A model generated the notes under the pieces. It was not told the DNA's origin, made no database searches, and worked only from the letters and a program-made list of their open reading frames with translations. Shown here piece after piece: positions 59,158 through 64,000 of a stretch of DNA of 64,000 bases. Made by a program: the position numbers and the translations under genes. The DNA comes from Alphaproteobacteria bacterium (GTDB taxonomy: Bacteria > Pseudomonadota > Alphaproteobacteria > MPNO01 > UBA830), in contig OZ251539.1 in the NCBI GenBank assembly GCA_965243135.1, positions 2,528,001-2,592,000 on the forward strand, given 5' to 3'. Numbering within the stretch: the stretch's first letter is position 1; each line of letters opens with the position of its first letter.

Positions 59158-61056
59158 TCAAGAGTTGCGGCGATGCCGCAAGCGGTGCAGCGCCACGATG
59201 CCGATGCCCAGTGCAGCGGCAGGTACGTAGACCTGGACGGTGTCCGCAATGACGGCGTCCGCCAGCACCGCGACGCCGACCGCCGCCCGCAGCGCCTGTT
59301 CCGGCACTCCGATCCGCGCCCGGTCGACGCCGGCCAGCGAGGTCGCGATCATCCAGATCGCCAGCGGCAGCCGCACCATTATCGACGCAAGCGCTTCCCA
59401 GTCGATGCCCAGCACAAGCAGCAACGACGGGTTGAACGCGAAGACGAAGGGAATCAGAAATCCCACGGCCGCGATGCGCAACGCCTGGAATCCGGTCGCG
59501 AGCGGGTTGGCTCCGGCGATCGGCGCCGCCGCGTACGCGGCGATGGCGACGGGGGGAGTGACGTTCGAAAGCACCCCGAAATAGAGAACGAACAGGTGCA
59601 CGAGAAGCGGCTCGAGTCCCAGCTTGACGATGGCCGGTCCGATGATCAGGACGATGATGAGATAGGCGGGCAGGGTCGGAAGCCCCATGCCGAGCAGCAG
59701 GCAGGCCGCCATGGCGACGACCAGCGCGAGGAACAGCGAGCCTTCGGCGACGCCGAGCATGACCGAGGCGAAATGCACTCCGATTCCGGTCTGGTTGATG
59801 ACCCCGATCACGATGCCGATAGCGCCGACAGCAATCAGTATCTGCGCGCACTGACGGCCGCCCTTGACGAGGGAGTCGACCAGCCGCCACGGCTTGCGTC
59901 TCAGTTCCGGGTTCAGAACCAGGGCCGTCAGGACAACGGCGACGACGGCCCAGAAACCGGCCGCCGCCGGCGACCGGCCGACCAGAAGAACCGTCACCAC
60001 GACCACGATCGGGATCACGAAGCCCGCCGACCGAATCCAGTCTTCGACCGTGATCGCGGGCCGCTCCTCGACGGGCACGACGCCGATGCCGCGCCGCACG
60101 GCTTCCGTGTAGACCGACGCGAACAAGCTGACGTAATAGAACAGCGCCGGAAGGATCGCCGCGCCGGCGACGACCACGTAAGGCAAGCCCACGAGATCGG
60201 CCATGATGAACGCCACCGCCGCCATGATGGGCGGCGTGAACTGGCCGCCGCTGGACGCCGCGGCTTCGACGCCGCCGGCGAAGGAGTTCGGAAAGCCCTG
60301 CCGTTTGATCAACGGTATCGTGAAGACGCCGGTGCCCACGACGTTGGCGGTGGGACTGCCGGAGATAGTGCCGAACAAGGCGCTGGCGACGATCGCCGAA
60401 TGCGCCGGTCCGCCCCTGATGCGCGCCGTCGCCGCGACCGCGATTTTGAGCAGCACCGCGCTCGCCCCGGTCCCCTCCAGCAACGCCCCGAAAACGATGA
60501 AGATGACGACGATCGACGCGACGATGCCGACCGGAAATCCGAACACGCCATCGTAACCGTACCAAGTGCTTTGCATCACCTGGTCGAGGCTGAACCCGCC
60601 ATGCCCGAGAACCCAGGGAAGTTCGTCCCCCAGCAACGCGTAGAGAACGGCGAGAACGCTGATGCCGGCGAGAATCGGACCGAACGTCCGGCGCGTAAGC
60701 TCGATCACGACGAAAAGGCCGAACAATCCGAGAAAAAGGTCCCAATCGTTCAGAAAGTAGAGCGCCTCGTCGATTTCCTCGATGGTGCGGAAAAACCAGA
60801 AGATCGCGTAAACGAAACCGGCCAGCAGGACGAGGTCGACCGACCATAGCGCGGCCTTCGCGGAACTACGGCGGACGGAACGCGCGAGCGGATTGGAAAG
60901 GAGCAGAACCGCGGCGGAAAGTCCCACGGCGGCGCCGCGAAGCAGCCCTTCGTCGACGAGGGCGAAACCGACGACATAGATCGCAAGCGCCGACACCGCG
61001 AACGCGAGCGACGCGGCGGCGCGCCCCGCCCAAGTTTCGATCGTTCCGATGTTCAT
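59158..61056 (-). CDS. TRAP 4TM/12TM fused permease
   Basis: FIVFGALL, GTISGSPTANV, EAAASSGGQFTPPIM, GMGLPT, TPPVAIAAY. Confidence 0.92.
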   Translation of the reverse strand: MNIGTIETWAGRAAASLAFAVSALAIYVVGFALVDEGLLRGAAVGLSAAVLLLSNPLARSVRRSSAKAALWSVDLVLLAGFVYAIFWFFRTIEEIDEALYFLNDWDLFLGLFGLFVVIELTRRTFGPILAGISVLAVLYALLGDELPWVLGHGGFSLDQVMQSTWYGYDGVFGFPVGIVASIVVIFIVFGALLEGTGASAVLLKIAVAATARIRGGPAHSAIVASALFGTISGSPTANVVGTGVFTIPLIKRQGFPNSFAGGVEAAASSGGQFTPPIMAAVAFIMADLVGLPYVVVAGAAILPALFYYVSLFASVYTEAVRRGIGVVPVEERPAITVEDWIRSAGFVIPIVVVVTVLLVGRSPAAAGFWAVVAVVLTALVLNPELRRKPWRLVDSLVKGGRQCAQILIAVGAIGIVIGVINQTGIGVHFASVMLGVAEGSLFLALVVAMAACLLLGMGLPTLPAYLIIVLIIGPAIVKLGLEPLLVHLFVLYFGVLSNVTPPVAIAAYAAAPIAGANPLATGFQALRIAAVGFLIPFVFAFNPSLLLVLGIDWEALASIMVRLPLAIWMIATSLAGVDRARIGVPEQALRAAVGVAVLADAVIADTVQVYVPAAALGIGIVALHRLRHRRNS

Positions 61057-61130
61057 CCGCCAATAACTCCCGTGTCGCCGATGCGCCGCGAACCGCTCGC
61101 GGCGTCCTGCCCGGGAATCGGACTTCGCCG

Positions 61131-61988
61131 CTATGCTGGCACGTTCCGCCGAATGAACGCAATGAAGATCAACGCCGTCGCAAACATGATCAGGCTGTAG
61201 GTCGCCGCCGGGACGATCGCGGCGCTGCCTCCGAACAGCAGCGTCGCCACGGCGATGGCCAGCGTCCCGTTCTGCAGGCCGCACTCGATCGAGATGGCTA
61301 TGCGCTGGCGCAGGCCGGTAGCGAAGGCGCGCGCGATCGCATAGGCGAGCGCCATCATGACCAAGTTGAGGACCAGGGTGATCAGCCCGGCCTGAGCGAA
61401 ATACGCGACGACGTTGTCGCGCTGGGAGTAGACCGCGCCCGCAAGGACAAGAACGAACAGCACCGCCGAGATCGTGCGCGCCAACGACTCGAACCCGACG
61501 GCGAAACCCTCGGCGAACCGGCGCACGAAAAGGCCCGCGAGAACCGGAAGCGTGACGATAAGAAAGACGCTGATCGCGGTCCCGGCGATGGATACGTTCC
61601 CGCCGCCGTCTCCGCCGATCAGCCTGCCGTACGAAAACACCACGATCAGCGGGACGGTAACGACGCAGAGAAGGCTGATCACGGCGGTCAGGGAAATCGA
61701 CAACGCCACGTCGCCGCGCGCGAAAGCGGTAAGGATATTGGACGTGGCGCCGCCGGGCGCAGCGGCGATGATCATAACGCCGAGCGCGAGTTCGGGCGCG
61801 ATAGGCCAGACGCTAACGAGCAGAAAAGCGACAACGGGAAGCAACGCGATCTGGCACAACGCCCCCACCAGGAAGTCTCGCGGACGTTTCGCGACGCGCG
61901 CGAAGTCGTCGAAGGTAAGCCCCAAGCCGAGCGCGAACATGATAAAAGCCAGCGCGACAGGCAGTAAAACGTCGGTCACGATTCCCAT
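61131..61988 (-). CDS. Bile acid:sodium symporter family protein
   Basis: IMFALGLGL, APGGATSN, GDVALS, ISIECGLQNG. Confidence 0.92.
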   Translation of the reverse strand: MGIVTDVLLPVALAFIMFALGLGLTFDDFARVAKRPRDFLVGALCQIALLPVVAFLLVSVWPIAPELALGVMIIAAAPGGATSNILTAFARGDVALSISLTAVISLLCVVTVPLIVVFSYGRLIGGDGGGNVSIAGTAISVFLIVTLPVLAGLFVRRFAEGFAVGFESLARTISAVLFVLVLAGAVYSQRDNVVAYFAQAGLITLVLNLVMMALAYAIARAFATGLRQRIAISIECGLQNGTLAIAVATLLFGGSAAIVPAATYSLIMFATALIFIAFIRRNVPA

Positions 61989-62771
61989 GATCCACCCCGC
62001 CGATTACATCGTCCACTACAGTACCCGCCCGGTCCGCGATTCCCAATAGCCGAATCTCCGCCGCCGAACGGCACCGCCGCCTCGACCGGCAAGTCGGCAG
62101 GCCTTGCTCGCACCCGGCCGACCCGCGCAGCCCGACATGCCGAGGGAACCGGCCCTCGGACGGAGCCAACTCGCCGACATCGCTTCGCCAGGAAACCGCC
62201 TGCCGACCCGCCCTGCTTCCGAAGCAGGCCGTCGAGGAGAAAATTTCAGGAGCAGCAGGGCAACCGGCAGAACCCGGCGGCAGCGGCTTCGGACGAACGT
62301 TCCCTGCTCGAGGGACGGACGCGGCGTTTCGCTGGCCAAGAGACAACCGGCAGCCACGCGCGCTGCGGTCGCAGGCGCCGGGCGATCACGAAAACCGGCG
62401 CGTCCCGGCGGGACGCGTTTCGAGAAGCGGCGCTCCGTCCCGCGGCGACCGCGAAAATGCGGCCGCGCGGCAAGCCGGCGCGGGCCTTCCCGGCGAAGCG
62501 GACCGGCCCTCGGGCCTTCCCGTCGACAAGCCGCTGCCGTAGCGCCCCGCGCTCTCCGAGGCCGTCCGCCCCGTCGAGAAGGCGAAGAACGCCCGGAAGA
62601 CAGCGTTCCCTCGACGCAACCGCAGGCGACCGCAGGCGCGCACGATATCCGGCGCGGTCGTCGCCGCTTCCCCGCCTCAAGCGGCGCTCGTACGGCTTCC
62701 ACCGCTCCCTGCGGCGGAATCGCCGTTCGCAGGCGGCCCGCCGTCGGGGTCGGCAAGACTGTTGTTCCGAA

Positions 62772-64000
62772 TCACGATCCGATGCGCTCGCCGATCGCCT
62801 CGAACAGCCGCGCGATCCGCACGAACATCCAGCCTGCACGGCCATCCACCTCAAGCCGTTCCCGGCTCCAGCGCGAATACGCCCAAGCGACTCCCCGCTC
62901 GGCCTGAGCATCCTCGCTCCGCTCCCGGAGATCGGGCAACCATTCTTCTCGCGACCGCGCCGCCAGATAATCCCACTCATCGTCGCCGATCACCTTCAGC
63001 GTCCGCAGCGAACCCACCGTGCCGAATCGAACGTCGCCGGTCAGCGCGGCCTCGATCAGGTTGCGCGAGTCGTCATCGCCGGGACTTTCGGCCAGCCGCA
63101 ACTCCACGACGCCGATAGAGTCCAGCGACGCGGCCAGCGACGCCCGCTCGGCGTCGGTGAACGCGCGCTCCGCGCCCGGAGGCGACAGTTGCGGATGAAG
63201 CAACCCTTCCGTCAGAGGGACCAGCGCCGATCGCAGTTCTTCCGCGCCGCGCCGCAAAAGATCGTCGTTCGCGTCCTTGCCGGCCGGCAGCGCCCGCGAC
63301 ACGCGTACATCCGAGCCTTCGTGACGCTCCTGCAGCGCCTCCCACGCCCGTTCGCCCGCCGCGTCGCGATCCTGAACGAGCACCACTTCCCGCACCGACC
63401 TCGGGAATTCGACCCGCGCCACGCGTCCCGCCGAAACGCTCGCGACCAAGGCGATCTCCCGCTTCTCCTCCGGCGTCAGAACGCGGAGAACGGCAAGCGC
63501 GTCTTCCACGCCCTCGCAGATCGCGACCCGCGACGCCGCTTCCGGATCGCCGAACCACACGCCGCCCCGTCCGGGCGAACCCAGAGTGCGCTTGTGGCCG
63601 TCGATCTCCGCCGGGCTTCCATCCGGCGCCAAGAAGATTCGATGCACCGCTTCGAGAGTGCCGTCGGCGATTCGGACCGGCGCCAACAGCGCCGGCAGTT
63701 CGCGCATCTCGCCCGCCGCCTGGACCCATGCGGCAGGATGGTAACGCAGGCCCATTGCATCCGCCGGCGAGAGCCCGCGGCGCTCAAGGTAGCGCGCCGC
63801 GGGGCTGTTTTCGCCGAGAATGCGGGCGGTTCGCAGGAACCGCGCCAAGCGCGCCGTATCGACTCGGGCCGGCGCCTCCTCCACCGCGCGATCCGGCGCC
63901 GGCGCGTCGCCGAGGAAGGCGACGGCCTCGTCCTTCGCGTCGATCAGCCGGGCGTGTCCGCGCGCCGCGCGAATCAAATCGAGCAGGTCGCCTTTCTCTC
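62772..64000 (-). CDS. Toprim-domain primase-like protein (DUF7146/Toprim_3 type), 5'-truncated by the window edge
   Basis: GDLLDLI, AARYLERRG, PALLA, AVHRIFL, KRTLG, ICEGVEDAL, QDRDAAG, GKDAND; typical of plasmid/ICE/phage primases. Confidence 0.8.
   Translation of the reverse strand, partial: EKGDLLDLIRAARGHARLIDAKDEAVAFLGDAPAPDRAVEEAPARVDTARLARFLRTARILGENSPAARYLERRGLSPADAMGLRYHPAAWVQAAGEMRELPALLAPVRIADGTLEAVHRIFLAPDGSPAEIDGHKRTLGSPGRGGVWFGDPEAASRVAICEGVEDALAVLRVLTPEEKREIALVASVSAGRVARVEFPRSVREVVLVQDRDAAGERAWEALQERHEGSDVRVSRALPAGKDANDDLLRRGAEELRSALVPLTEGLLHPQLSPPGAERAFTDAERASLAASLDSIGVVELRLAESPGDDDSRNLIEAALTGDVRFGTVGSLRTLKVIGDDEWDYLAARSREEWLPDLRERSEDAQAERGVAWAYSRWSRERLEVDGRAGWMFVRIARLFEAIGERIGS

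Overview
This is a GC-rich chromosomal window that looks alphaproteobacterial, inferred from the purB-DUF1476-purC-purS-purQ-purL-bolA-grxD order and the many TRAP transporters. The housekeeping backbone (msrA, copA, pur genes, bcp, a type-2 ileS) is mixed with aromatic/pyridine catabolic clusters (HCHL-like crotonase operon, nicX/nicC-like pair, VanA-like Rieske oxygenase), TRAP/TAXI transporters and decayed gene fragments. Two accessory islands interrupt the pur cluster. Island 1 (about 17.45-27.4 kb) holds an orphan CRISPR-like mini-array (three identical 28-bp repeats, two different 33-bp spacers, no cas genes). Downstream of it is a translationally coupled hsdM-hsdS-ptuA-ptuB (type I RM plus Septu-like) operon lacking hsdR, then an IS630 remnant and a frameshifted, poorly characterised mobile-element gene. 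Island 2 (about 29.1-33.4 kb) holds an ATPase/PD-(D/E)XK gene and a hipBA operon whose promoter is preceded by ten tandem 26-bp operator-like units. Two near-identical AAA-ATPase/PD-(D/E)XK paralogues flank an arylsulfotransferase-like gene, and the window ends inside a Toprim-domain gene. No tRNA, rRNA, cas or reverse transcriptase genes were recognised. All family calls come from motif recognition by eye, not from database searches.
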